Positions 1-11,500 of a stretch of 64,000 nt of DNA are shown one piece after another (position 1 is the stretch's first letter; each line of letters begins with the position of its first letter). Location of the stretch: the NCBI GenBank assembly GCA_016748015.1, contig JAAOMT010000777.1, forward strand, positions 442,246 through 506,245, written 5' to 3'. The stretch comes from Geosiphon pyriformis uo1. Lineage: Eukaryota; Fungi; Glomeromycota. Below the pieces are notes generated by a model. The model was not told the DNA's origin. It saw only the letters and a program-made list of their open reading frames with translations, and ran no database searches. A program made the translations under genes and the position numbers.

Positions 1-739
1 ACTTTTCTTTATAAGCTGTCACTGCCATCAGAAGACAATGACAGAACTATTATATTTGGCTTGTTGTTTGTAAGTATTATGAAAGTTTTAATAATAGTTG
101 ACATATGATACAGTACTGCTGCTCTTGGTGCTTTGGAGACTGGTGATACTTCAGAAGCTGGTAGTGCTTTGGAGGCTGTTGCTGCAGGTATCGATGAAGT
201 TACTCTGGATTAAACTTTGACTAACAAGATTACTTTTTCTCTGTATTAGAAGAAGGAATTAACAGACCTACAAACAAGAATAATGGCCCAATGGGATCTT
301 CTAGGAACAAGTTTGTTAATGGGACATTGTTCAAGCAAATTAACTGGAAATGAAGTTCAAATTTACCTTTTCTTAGGAAAAAAAATGTGACCAGTAATAA
401 AACTCAGAGCATGAGGATTCCAATATATACCCAATAAATACATTTTCACACCAACTTTGGCATTTACAATTAAAAAAGGGCTCCATACTAGCAATCATAT
501 TCATTATTCAACCAATATTTAGTATTAGTGAGCAAAAGTTTGATTGATAATTTTAAAGATGTATTAAAAATCAACTTTTTTGGGGCAAATAAATCTGTGT
601 TAAATGCTTTTTATAATCCAAACATAATCACACAGAATAGAGATTCGGACCTAGACTCAACATATTATGTTTTAAAAATGCCAATTATAAATAGTAATAT
701 ATCCAATCCAAGATAAACAAAACTGTATACAATACAATA

Positions 740-1797
740 TATTTCTAATTTCTTGAAGGATATTTATTAGGCTGTTACATAATTAACTTGATAAGCTTTG
801 AAAACATGATCACTTAAAAGAGGTATTAGAGAGTTAATAATAGGTAATAGTTGTGATTTTATTAACAGATTTATATTTTTTAATAATCTGCTTTTTCACT
901 TGTTACTGGAATTAGTTTCCAAGTACCTAACAATGTTTTCTTAATTCGCCTTGCTTTAAAAAAATCTATTCTTTTCATCCATGTAATTTTACTGAATTTT
1001 TTCATTTCTTTACTTAATATCCATTCATGGCCAATATCATAAAAAACATAATTAAAGACATTTGGATTTACAAACTGTGTCTTTCTTATCTGAATTCGAA
1101 ATCAATTTGATTTAGCAATAAAACTAAGACATGTATAAGACCTATATATTTTACTTTTAAAATATCCAATAACATTAAAGAGATTAGTATGCAATCTCTC
1201 AAATTTGATACAGTTATGCATTGCAATTTTCCAATGCTGTTGTGAAGGTGTAGAAAAAATTAACGATTTGAGTGTTTTGTTAATTTCTTCAAGTATTGCA
1301 TCATGGCCTTGATATTGATTTGAAAGTTTAGATTGAGAAATTACAATTCTTTTTTGAATCAGCTTGCAAACTTCAGGCTTTAATTATAACTATTATTCTT
1401 CATCAGCAATTTCAATTAATTGGTAAATAGAATGGCACTGAGCAAACCAAATTGGTGCAAACATTTGTTTAGCCACAAGTCTTAATGAAGACTTATTGAA
1501 ACAAACTCCAGTGTGAAAGTTAATAATTGCTTGTAAATAAAAAAAAACTTGTTCATATTTTAACCTGAATGTGGGATCTGTTTCATTTTGGGCCCATTCT
1601 AAGTAACTTTTAACAAATGAATTTTTCTTAAAAACAACATATGGTCACATTAATTCAGAAGCCATTGCATGTCTATATATATTACATATCAAATTCTATG
1701 ACTTATGATGATCAGAACATTTTTTAAAAAACTACAGTTGACTTTTACTCCAATATCCCTAACATTGTGCAAAGTATTTTATATTGATATTCTAATT
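740..1797 (-). pseudogene. Cargo: 5'-truncated DUF6589-like gene fragment inside the pogo element
   Basis: Three-copy consensus NWNIxIKYFAQCQGY..FFKKCSDHHKSW..YLQAIINFxTG..HPIYQLIEIADE..SRSKLSNQHQGHDAILEEINK. Family assigned from remembered motifs. Confidence 0.6.
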
Positions 1798-1800
1798 AAT

Positions 1801-2013
1801 ATAGGTGTTGCTGTGTTTGGAGAGCTTAACAACATGACATTGTGCTATCTTCTATGCAATTATGCAAGTATGCGAAGAATCAAATTGACAGCTTTTATTA
1901 TTGATCATCAGTTGGGAGTAAGAGGCAAAAAGTGTCACAGATGTATTATCAAAATTAGGGTTTTTTTTACTGAGAATTTGTCATTTGTATTTAGAATCCT
2001 ACAGTTGGATTAA
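1801..2013 (+). pseudogene. Cargo: N-terminal fragment of a TilS-like PP-loop ATPase (tRNA-Ile lysidine synthase-like)
   Basis: IGVAVFGELNNMTLCYLL..KLTAFIIDHQL reverts to VAVSGGxDSMAL..DHxLR by transitions only. It is followed by frameshifted EAKSVTDVLSKLG and ILQLD(W). Confidence 0.75.
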
Positions 2014-2181
2014 AATCTTCATTTTTATAATTTGGCCACTTTTTATAATCTGAGGCACCTCATATGACATAAGACACCTCACATGTCTAATTAGATATAA
2101 GACAAAATAATATTTGAGACATAACAGATACATCAATGCATTATAAAAGCAAAATGCAATAAAAAGTGTGTTCTTATTAAC

Positions 2182-3740
2182 ATAACAAAAAATACAAACC
2201 AAAAGTGTGCAGCAATCTCCTTGGAAACTAAAAAAACTCTTTATCAGTACAAATTAGAGCATCCTGACTACTCAGCAAATAGACTTATCGAAATATTTAA
2301 TCTAAAAGTTGACCACTCTACTGTAACAAAGATACTTGTGAAATCAGACCAATGGATTGAAAAGAATGTATCTGGCAACTCTGGTCAATTGACAAAGGAC
2401 AAGAAAAAAATGTTTCCGAAGATAAATGATGCACTGAAGGAATGAATGCTTGGAGCACTAGCTACCAACTGCATTCTTACTGGAAAATTTTTACAAACAA
2501 AAGCCTTCAAGTTTGCTGAAAAGTTTTCAGAAGAAAATAACTTTAAAGTATCAGATAGTTGGTTAGAAAAGTTCAAAAAACATCATAATTTGCATCACAT
2601 TAAGATGCATGGCAAAGCAAACAGTGTCCTCTTGGAAATTTTACCAGAAGAATAAGAGAAACTGCATAAGATTATCAGCAAATATGATCTAAATAATGTT
2701 TACAATGCCAATAAGACAGCATTATTCTTTAGAATGTCACCAAATACAACTTTGGCAACAAGATCTATCTCTGGCACCAAGTGTGATAAGAGTCAAATTA
2801 CCATACTTCTTGCTTGTAATGCAACAGACAGCATCAAGTTGCAGTCTTTAATTATTGGCAAAGCCACAAAGCCATGATGTTTTTGCAATATTAATATAAA
2901 TACACTTTCAATCACTTATTATTACAATACAAAAACATGGATGCAAACTGATATTTTTAGTGAATGGCTTAATTTATTAAATGAAGAAATGCATTACAAG
3001 AAAAAAAAATTTTGCTATTGCTTAATAATACTGGTCTCCATGGTAGAGAATCTTTTATATTAACTAATATTATGATTAAATACCTACCATCCAATACAAC
3101 ATCTCATTTGCAATCATTAGATACAGGAATTATTGCATCTTTTAAGGCACAATACTGAAAGTTGTTTCTTTTCCATCTTATTAATCAGTATGATGGCAAG
3201 ATTCTAATATCAACAGTAACATTAAAGGATATAATTGATTTTCTAATTGATGCATGGTCAGTAGTAACAACAACTACAATCCAAAACTGTTGGCATCATA
3301 CAGAAATTCTGAATAATAGTCAAATGCCAGCCCATCCATTAGATATTAAACAAAAACTCTTACAGAAAGTACAAGTTCTTATTGAGCACATTGATATTGA
3401 CAAGCTATTAACAATAGACTTTATTAATATTGACAAGTTTGAATTATTATTCATTTATGTCTCAAAAGATAAAATTGTAGATCTTATTAACAACAAGTAT
3501 AGTGGAAATTCTAATTCAAATAAAGATTTAGAAAATGAAAATGAAGATAAACCTTTGTTTTTGCTATCTACACATCAAGGTAAAATTGCACTTGAAGATA
3601 CATTGTGCTATTGTAAAAAGCAGTATAGTAAAAAAGTTGATTTAGACTTTTTTAAAACTTTGAGAACATTAATTCGTAATACTGTTCTCAAAGTTTAAGA
3701 AGAGAAAAAACAGTTGCAAATAGATAGCTTTTTTAAATAA
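2182..3740 (+). pseudogene. pogo/Tigger transposase (CENP-B-like HTH + DDE_1), disrupted by stops and a frameshift
   Basis: Motifs FKVSDSWLEKFKKHH, VYNA(D)KTALFF, WMQTDIF, LL(D)N, YLPSNTTSHLQxLDxGIIASFK and TIQNCW. The start is ATA here and ATG in copies 2 and 3. Confidence 0.92.
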
Positions 3741-5411
3741 AATATATATAATTGATTATTATATTATGCATGTGATATATAGATCATGTGATAAGATATT
3801 AATCATTTTTTATAGTCTCATCTCTCTATAGTTACCACAAATGTGCTGACCAAAAGGTGTGATTATAAAGAGAGTTCACTGTATTTGAAAAAGTCTTGAC
3901 AAGACTCTGCTTAGATATACTTTTTATTAACAAAAAAATTTTTAAGTATTTGTAAAATTTATTATATTTGATAATAAAAATTAACTGGTTATTAATATAC
4001 AAAGAAACATTTACAACTTTCTAATTAATAAAAATAACTACTGATTTATTATTATTAATAGAAATATTATTAATCCTAAAAAACTTATTAATTATGTTTA
4101 AAGTATATTGTATTAAAACTTGATTATTTCCAATCCAAATTATATTATTAACAAAAGTATTAATCACAAAAAAAAATTTTTTCTCTGCTAATCTCTACTC
4201 TGTCTATTTTTGCTATTAAGTAAATATTGATTTTATATCTATATAAATATTCATGTTTTTTTATTTTATATAATAAAAAATCATATAAAATTTTTTAAAT
4301 TTATAATAAGAATATTTTGTTCTAATTAAGCTTATTTAATATTTTATAACTATCTAAAAAGCTAAAATCAATCATTATTTTGTTAATTTTGTTTATATAT
4401 ATATTTTCAAAAAATCTAATAAACCTATTGTATATTCTAATATATCTTAAACTAATTTTTAAATAATGCTATCTAACCAAATTGTAAACTTTATACATAT
4501 TTTGCAGGATTAACTACAGCTTTAATTTTTTTCTAAAGCATTTTTTATTATTAAACCAATAATAAACACAGAAAATTAAATTAAAATATCTTTTAAAACC
4601 AAAAAGTTGTTATCTTAAAGAATATTAAACTTATTACAAATAAATAAAATATGATTTAAAAAAATTTTAAATAAAATTTTTTTAATTATTTTAATTAATA
4701 CAATAGATTAAGTATTTATTAAAATATCATTTTAGTTATAAGACTTGGAGATCATTGAAATTCATGTTTTTTTTCAAAGAACTAAAATATTACCAAAAGT
4801 TAGACAAAAATTTAATAAATTTAAAAAGTATTCTATTACTATACAACTATAATCCTTCCAAAATTTGTTCAATATGCCAGATAAGTCAATAATTTTGTTA
4901 TAAAACAAATTACTAATTACCAAAACCAATTTATTCCTATTTATCTTATCTATTATATTAAAAAAACATTTTTTTTTATATAATTTAATGATAAATATTA
5001 ATAGAATCACAAATCAAACAATACTGAAAACATATTCTATTTTTTTGTTTAATTTATCATGATTTTATTAACTTTAAGCTTTATTTTATTTGGTTTAGAA
5101 CTAACTTTTTTTTAATAATCAAATAATTTAAAACTATTTTATAAAATAGTCATTTTAAAATGCTTTTTATTATATTTTTTTTGTTAAAGTTAAAATTTTC
5201 TATGCACTAATTGATTGTTTTCTTAATAGATGTATTTTTAGCTGTCTTTAATTTATAATACTTGAATTTTTTATATATTTTTTGATTATTAACAAATATT
5301 TAATAACTTTTGTTAATTTAATATTATTTTAAACTAAATTATAGATTATAAAAGCCCTTTTTTTATCAATAATAGTCTATTTTACCAAAAGACAATCAAA
5401 TTTAAATCTGT

Positions 5412-6430
5412 TGTTACTGGAAGTTTTTGGTCTCTTTTTTTGAATGTTGTAAATGTCTGTTGGTTGCAAATTCACGTTTTCTAGAAGTAGTTGAACCTCT
5501 AATAACTGAATTTATTTTCAAATTATCTCCTATAATTTGAACTGCTGGGCTTATGAGTAGAATGGCCAATTCCATGCCAGTTACTTTGTATAGTTATGTT
5601 GTAGTAAACATCAACTCTTTCCCAAGAATTGCTCATCTGGAAGCTCACTAAAAAATGTGTAGTTACTTTGCTGTGAAAGTTAACTTTTCTACCAGAATCT
5701 TGTCTGTAGGCTACTCTAATGATTGTAATAAAAAAATAAAAGAAAAATAAAAGAAATGTAAAAGAAATGTAAAAGAAATAGAATTTTGTCAAGAGAAACG
5801 TTTTCTATCTAGGCCTGGAGTCACTAACAGTTTACTGAAATTGGTAGTTAATCAAAACGTTAGTTGGGTTTTTGGAAAGTTTCCAAGTGCAATATTTAAA
5901 AAAATTGGTTTTTCAAATTATTTGATATTTTATTTCTCTTTGTGTATGTAGGAATGGTTTTAAGTGATAAATCTAAAGTAAAATACATTTTCTTGAAGAG
6001 AAAAGCTCTTTTTTTATACAACTTGTTGTAGTACTAGTCTATGAACTTGCACTTTTTCTCTTTGCTCAAATTTCAGTGAACTAAAGATACATTTTGATGG
6101 ACTACAAGTTATTTTGCTGAACTATTGATTAATTTGGGTGAACTATTTATAATTTTGGCGAATTTCTATAAATTTCGGCAAATTTCTTATAAATTTCGGC
6201 GAATTTCTATAAATTTCGGCGAATTTTTGAATGTTACAAAGTTTAGGATATTGTGTAATTTAATCATCCTACTTTTTGTTATACTAATTGGATTATTTAA
6301 TTGAATCGTGATATGTGATAATTGATTAAATAATAAATGATAATTTGAAATAATATTAATATACTAATTAATTATAGGAATTATAAGGATAATTTCATGC
6401 TAATTAATAGCTAAAATTCTACTGATAACA
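5412..6430 (-). repeat. 3' LTR of family B element
   Basis: Direct repeat of 14736-15729, adjacent to the PPT. Confidence 0.95.
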
Positions 6431-6443
6431 TAATCTCCTCCTC
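6431..6443 (-). promoter_or_regulatory. Polypurine tract GAGGAGGAGATTA
   Basis: Purine run immediately before the 3' LTR on the minus strand. Confidence 0.85.
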
Positions 6444-7110
6444 AAGACTGAGCTCCATCAAAGTCCAAGCACTATCTGTGATAGTAATCCAAAATAATTG
6501 AAGTAATCTGGTCTGAAAATTGTTGAAATTTCAGTTCTGTAAGTTTGCCAATGTATTGGATTTTTATTGGTTGCAGTATTGGATTTTGTAGAACATTTTC
6601 ACAAGTATTAAACAAATCATAAAGTCTAAAAGCTGCTCTAAGTTTGTAGCGAGTGTTTGTTGGTCCAACTGCTGTTTTAAATTCATTGTGAATTTGTTTT
6701 TGTATAGCTTCAGGAGTGAGATTTGTTGCTTTAAGTTCCAGTTTTTGTTCATAAAGTGTCTTTTCAATGTAAAAGTATTTATAGATAGGGGTGTGTTCAT
6801 TGTTCTGTTTATTGAGAAGTAATAGAAGTTTTTGTTGCATTGTAGCATTCAGTGAAATGTCAATAAAGGCAATTAAAAGATTTTCTTCCAGTGCTTGCTT
6901 TAAAAGTCTTGGTAACCTATTTTCAGAGTAACTTCTTGTTTTTCTTCTATAGAGGTAATAGTTCTGTGGATGATTTATTACTGGGGCTGTGGTTTTTTTC
7001 TGAATGTAATTAATTTGACTTCTATTAATCGTTATGGATAAGTCAGGAAGTGTTTTCAAGGCTAACATTAACTTTTGGAATATTTGTTGAATATTTCGGA
7101 GAATAATCAT
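6442..7110 (-). pseudogene. Accessory ORF3 of family B (~222 aa, one internal stop), function unknown
   Basis: The 212-aa ORF continues past one TAG to LDFDGAQS* at the PPT. It is homologous to 54511-55170. Confidence 0.75.
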
Positions 7111-7253
7111 GGTAAAATTGACTAATTATGAAAAGGGAGAATAAAGAAAATTATTTTTGGGTATGGGGTTTTTATTTGTTTTTGGGTTTGAGTGTTTTTG
7201 TAATTATTTACTATTTTTGTCTTTGTGTTTTTATTAGAGAATTATTGTAAAAT

Positions 7254-8516
7254 TTAAGTGTTCAAGTTTGGTTGTTGTTCTATTATAATTATTGGTTCTA
7301 AATTTTGGAGAATATTTTCAGGATTAATTAAAAGAGAATGTGTACCAATTTGTGGAATTAATGTTTCAGAATTGTTTCTGGAATGATAGTGTTTCAATCT
7401 GTCTCTATGTGCAACTTTTGCTAGTATTTTGTTATCAAGTTTTAACTTGTATGATCCATTGCCTAGAATTTTGTTGTCATGTCTTTTTTTTTGTTGAGCT
7501 TGAGAATGTTTAATATAAGTTGCTGCTATTCTTCTTTTTTCTTCCAGTGTACTAAAAAGAATGTAGGCCCTTCTTTGGAGTGTTTTTTGAAAGTTCTCTT
7601 CATTAATTGGTTGCACAGAATATGTTTTCACTGTAAAATTAATTGGTAATGTTGCTGTCTTTTCATAAGTTAAATCAAATGGTGTGTGTTTCATAGTATC
7701 TTGTTTTAGTGTTCTGTATGCTAGTAACACTGATAGAATAAAGATATCCCATTCTTGCTCAAAGTCTGTTGAGACTTTGGCTAGAGATTCACACAATGTT
7801 CTGTTGAAATGTTCTACAAGTCCATTTGTTTGAGGGTCATAAAGTGATGATAGAGGTCTTTTGACATTGAATTGTTCACAAATTTTTTGTATCAAGTTGT
7901 TCACAAAATGTGTTCCTTGATCAGATAAAAGTTCAATTGGACATTCATGTCTACAAATAATGTCTTTATAGATGAAATTTGCTACTGATTTTGCATCTGC
8001 TTTTTGGATGGCTCTAGCTTCAGGCCATTTGGTAAGATAATCTACTGCTACTGCAATATAGCGATTTCCTTAGGTTGTAATAGGTAATGGTCTAACTAAA
8101 TTAATTCCAACTTTGTCAAAAGATTGTCCAACTTTGATTGAATTTAAAGGTTCTGTGGGACAAGTTTTTTCTCTTCTTTGACAACTATCATAAGATTCTA
8201 CATATTGTTAAATGTTTTTTTGCATATAAGGCCAAAAATAATGTTTAAGAGTTCTTTGAATTGTTCCATCTCTTCCCAAGTGTGTTGAAGATAGATCTGT
8301 GTGCATGTTATATAAAATTGTTTCTTTTTTATTCTCTTGTACTAATTTGAGTGGTTGGTTTGAGTTTCTGTGATTTTTATAATAGATTTTGTTGTAGTGT
8401 ATGAAATATTGCTTTGATTTGTATTGTAAACAATGTTTTTCACTTGGAGACAAATTCTCTGGCATGATAAGGGTCTTTAAATAGTTTTTAAGATTGCTGT
8501 AGTTTCTGGGATCCAT
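7254..8516 (-). pseudogene. Integrase encoded as a separate ORF (HHCC + DDE), family B
   Basis: Own ATG (MDPRNY). Motifs H..H..YFWP..C, GI(D)LV, LSDQGTHF and QTNGLVEHFN. Part of the C-terminal GPF region is deleted. Confidence 0.9.
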
Positions 8517-8557
8517 TGTTAGTAGGTTGGTAAGTTTTGGTGGAATTGTTGTTGGTG

Positions 8558-11500
8558 TTAGTCTTGTCTTATTCTTGAGAGACTATTAACATTGGTGTGT
8601 AGTTTTCCTGGTTTGTGATGTACAATGTATTTGTAGTCTGCTAAGAAGTCATTTTATCGAAACTGTTTGGCACTTTGTTCAGTTTTCTTTTTATTAAGCC
8701 ATTTGAGACCAATATTGTCAGTTATTATGTCAAATTTTTTTCCATTCTTTAGGTATTGTTGAAAATGTTTAAGAGCCCAGATGACTGCAGTGGCTTCCAA
8801 TTCAGTTGAGTCATATTTGAGTTCTGTTGGCTTGAGTGTTCTACTAGCATAGGCAATAACTTGTTTCTGGCCATTTTTATTCAATTGTGATAAAATGCCA
8901 CCAAATACTATGTGTAAAGCATCAATGGCTAATTGGAACTGTTTGTTGAAGTCTGAGTAAGCAAGAACTGGGGCTGTTATCAATTTTGTTTTGAGAGTTT
9001 CAAAAACTTTTTGTTGTTCTTTAGTCCATTTGTATGGCACATTTTTGTTGGTAAGATAATTGAGTAGTTTGGCAATTTTTGAGAATTTTTTTATGAATTT
9101 TCGATAGTAAGAGGCTAATTCTACAAATTTTTTTAGTTCTGTGGTATTTCTGGGGGTTTAAAAGTTTTTGACAGCACTAATTGTTTCTGGATTTGGTTTG
9201 ACTCTATCTTTACTAACTATGTGTCCAAGAAAGATCAAGCTTGTTTTTCCAAAGTAACATTTCTCAATGTTTAACTTTAATTCTGCTTTTCATAATCATT
9301 GAAAAACTTCTCACAGGTGAATGAGATAGGCTTCAAAGCTTGGTGAGTACACATCAGTGTTATCAAGATAAACAACTACTGATTGCCATAAGAGTTCTTT
9401 ATATACAACATTCATGAGTCGTTGGAATGTTGCTGGTGCATTGCAGAGTTCAAAAGGCATAACATTGAACTCATAGTTTCCTTCTTGGGTGGTAAATGCT
9501 GTTTTGAGTTGGTTTTTTGGGTCCATTTCGACTTGTCAGTATCCACTTTCCAGGTCTAAAGTTGAGAAGAACTTGGCTTTTCCTAGAGCATCTAGCATGT
9601 TATCAATTCTTAGAAGAGAATAAACATCTTTAATTGTAACATTATTCAGTTGTCTATAATCAACACAGAATCTGATTTTTCCATTTTTCTTTTTAACTAA
9701 AACTACTGGTGAGGCCCAAAAACTTCTTAATGGTTGAATCAATCCGTTATTGAGCATTTTTTGGATCTCTTCTCTGATAAATTGGTGACTGGCAGGTGGC
9801 ACTCAATAAGCTTGTTGATGTTTTGGTGGAGCATCTCCTATATGGATCTGATGTTGAACAATATCCGTTTTTCCCAAGTCATTGTTGTCTTTTGCAAATA
9901 TATCTGCAAATTCAGCTATTAATTGTTTCAATTGTCTTTGTTGTTGGGGTTCCAAAGAACCCATGTTGATTTGAGAGAGTTTTTCTTCCAAAAGGTGGTA
10001 GTTTTCAGTAGTAAAAATGATATTTGGATTTGGGAGTAGAGTGTGCTTTACAATTTCGATGAAATTAGAGACAATTTGAGGGTTTTCATCTTGAAAGATA
10101 TTGCTGTATATGATTCCAATTTCTAATTTGTTTAATAAAACAATAGGGTAATTATTGGGGTTGTAGAATATAACTCAAAATTTTTTCATTCCTTTGGGAA
10201 TATAAACGTTTGGAATTGATATTTCATGCTTCAAACAAATTTGTTCATTGGATTCAAAGATTTGTTGGGTAGTAGTGGGTTTTGAGCAAGTGTAAATTTC
10301 GTGATGTTCTCCAAAAGGTGAAATGGTAATTGGTTGTGGAAGTTGAAGAATCTGGTGAGATTTATTTTGTATATTAAGAGCTATGTTTACTGGTACTATA
10401 AATCATCCAGTTAAACCAAAATCTTGCATTCCTCTTTCACTTTTTCCCACTTGTTCTCTGTTATTAACTGATTGTAAACCCAAAATGTTGATTAGGGGTA
10501 GGTAAATTGCTTGGGCAATTTTTTCAGCATGTTCAATCTTGAATGGTTTGTCTGTTTCATTTTACAACATGTAGTAATGTCTTCAGTATATCCTGCATCT
10601 ATAATTCCTTTTCTGACATTAATTTCTTTGCTTGCCAATGATAATTTGGATGCAATTTGAACTATTGCTCTAAGTGGAATTTCAAGAGTGATTTTGAGAT
10701 TGATTTTTGTCAAAGATTTTGGTTGGAGAATTAAAGTGTCTTTGTCAGGATATCTTAGGTTATATCCTGCATCAATTTCGTGGGCTTTTTCTGGTTTTAT
10801 TCCTTTTCCATTGTTGTCAAAGTATTTGAGTTGTATAGCAGGCTGGTTTTTAGTAAGATAGATTGGTGTGGTTGCAATTTTTTCTTTTGTTTCTGGTTTT
10901 CCAAATTCAATTTCTTCCTGGTCATTCTCACTAGGCAGGGGAATGCTAAGAGCATAGCATTCTGGACACCATTTGTCATCACAAGGCATGATGTATTCTT
11001 TACACAATTGAATGTTCATTTGCTCTAATCATTGAATTTGAGCTTCTTGGGTCGAGTATGTGTGGCTTGCAATTTGGTGGTAGGTTTCTACTTTATTTTC
11101 ATAATCAAATCCAGCTAATTCCATGGTATACTCAATGTATTCAGCTTCTTTCATTTGGCGGACATCTTCTTGTGTGGCTCCATTGATCAATGCCATTGCT
11201 AGGTCAAAAATCATTTCAGCATCATGAGGGTAGTAGTAAAGTTTATTGAGAGTACTGTTGTATGCTGCATCAAATGGTGTTCTTCTTCTGACTTTTTCCG
11301 AAATTGATAGAGCATATTGACAGGTTTGATCACATACTTCTCCTCTTATTGCAACATCAATCCAGTTGTATTCTTCTGGTAGCATATCTCCACATGCAAG
11401 GCAAGATGTGTTGTCCCATTTTCCACTTCTTTTTGGAGATTCAAATCATTCTCTATGGCATGCTTTGCAAAAGTAACAGGTACAAGTTTCATATTCTTCT

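Larger units (their letters stand above)
1..3881 (+). mobile_element. pogo/Tigger-type DNA transposon copy 1 (left end lies outside the window), carrying cargo
   Basis: Ends in GATTATAAAGAGAGTTCACTG followed by TA (3882-3883). It is colinear in reverse orientation with 18889-22740 and contains a DDE_1-type transposase pseudogene. Confidence 0.92.

Noticed and set aside
1705-2013. 102-aa ORF as a real gene
   Set aside because: It is a chimera of antisense DUF6589-like sequence and a frameshifted TilS-like fragment, and it is broken in copy 2.
6151-6228. CRISPR-like repeat array
   Set aside because: These are head-to-tail repeats without unique spacers inside an LTR, in a eukaryotic context with no cas genes.
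6442-7110. env gene
   Set aside because: No signal peptide, furin site or transmembrane helix is visible.
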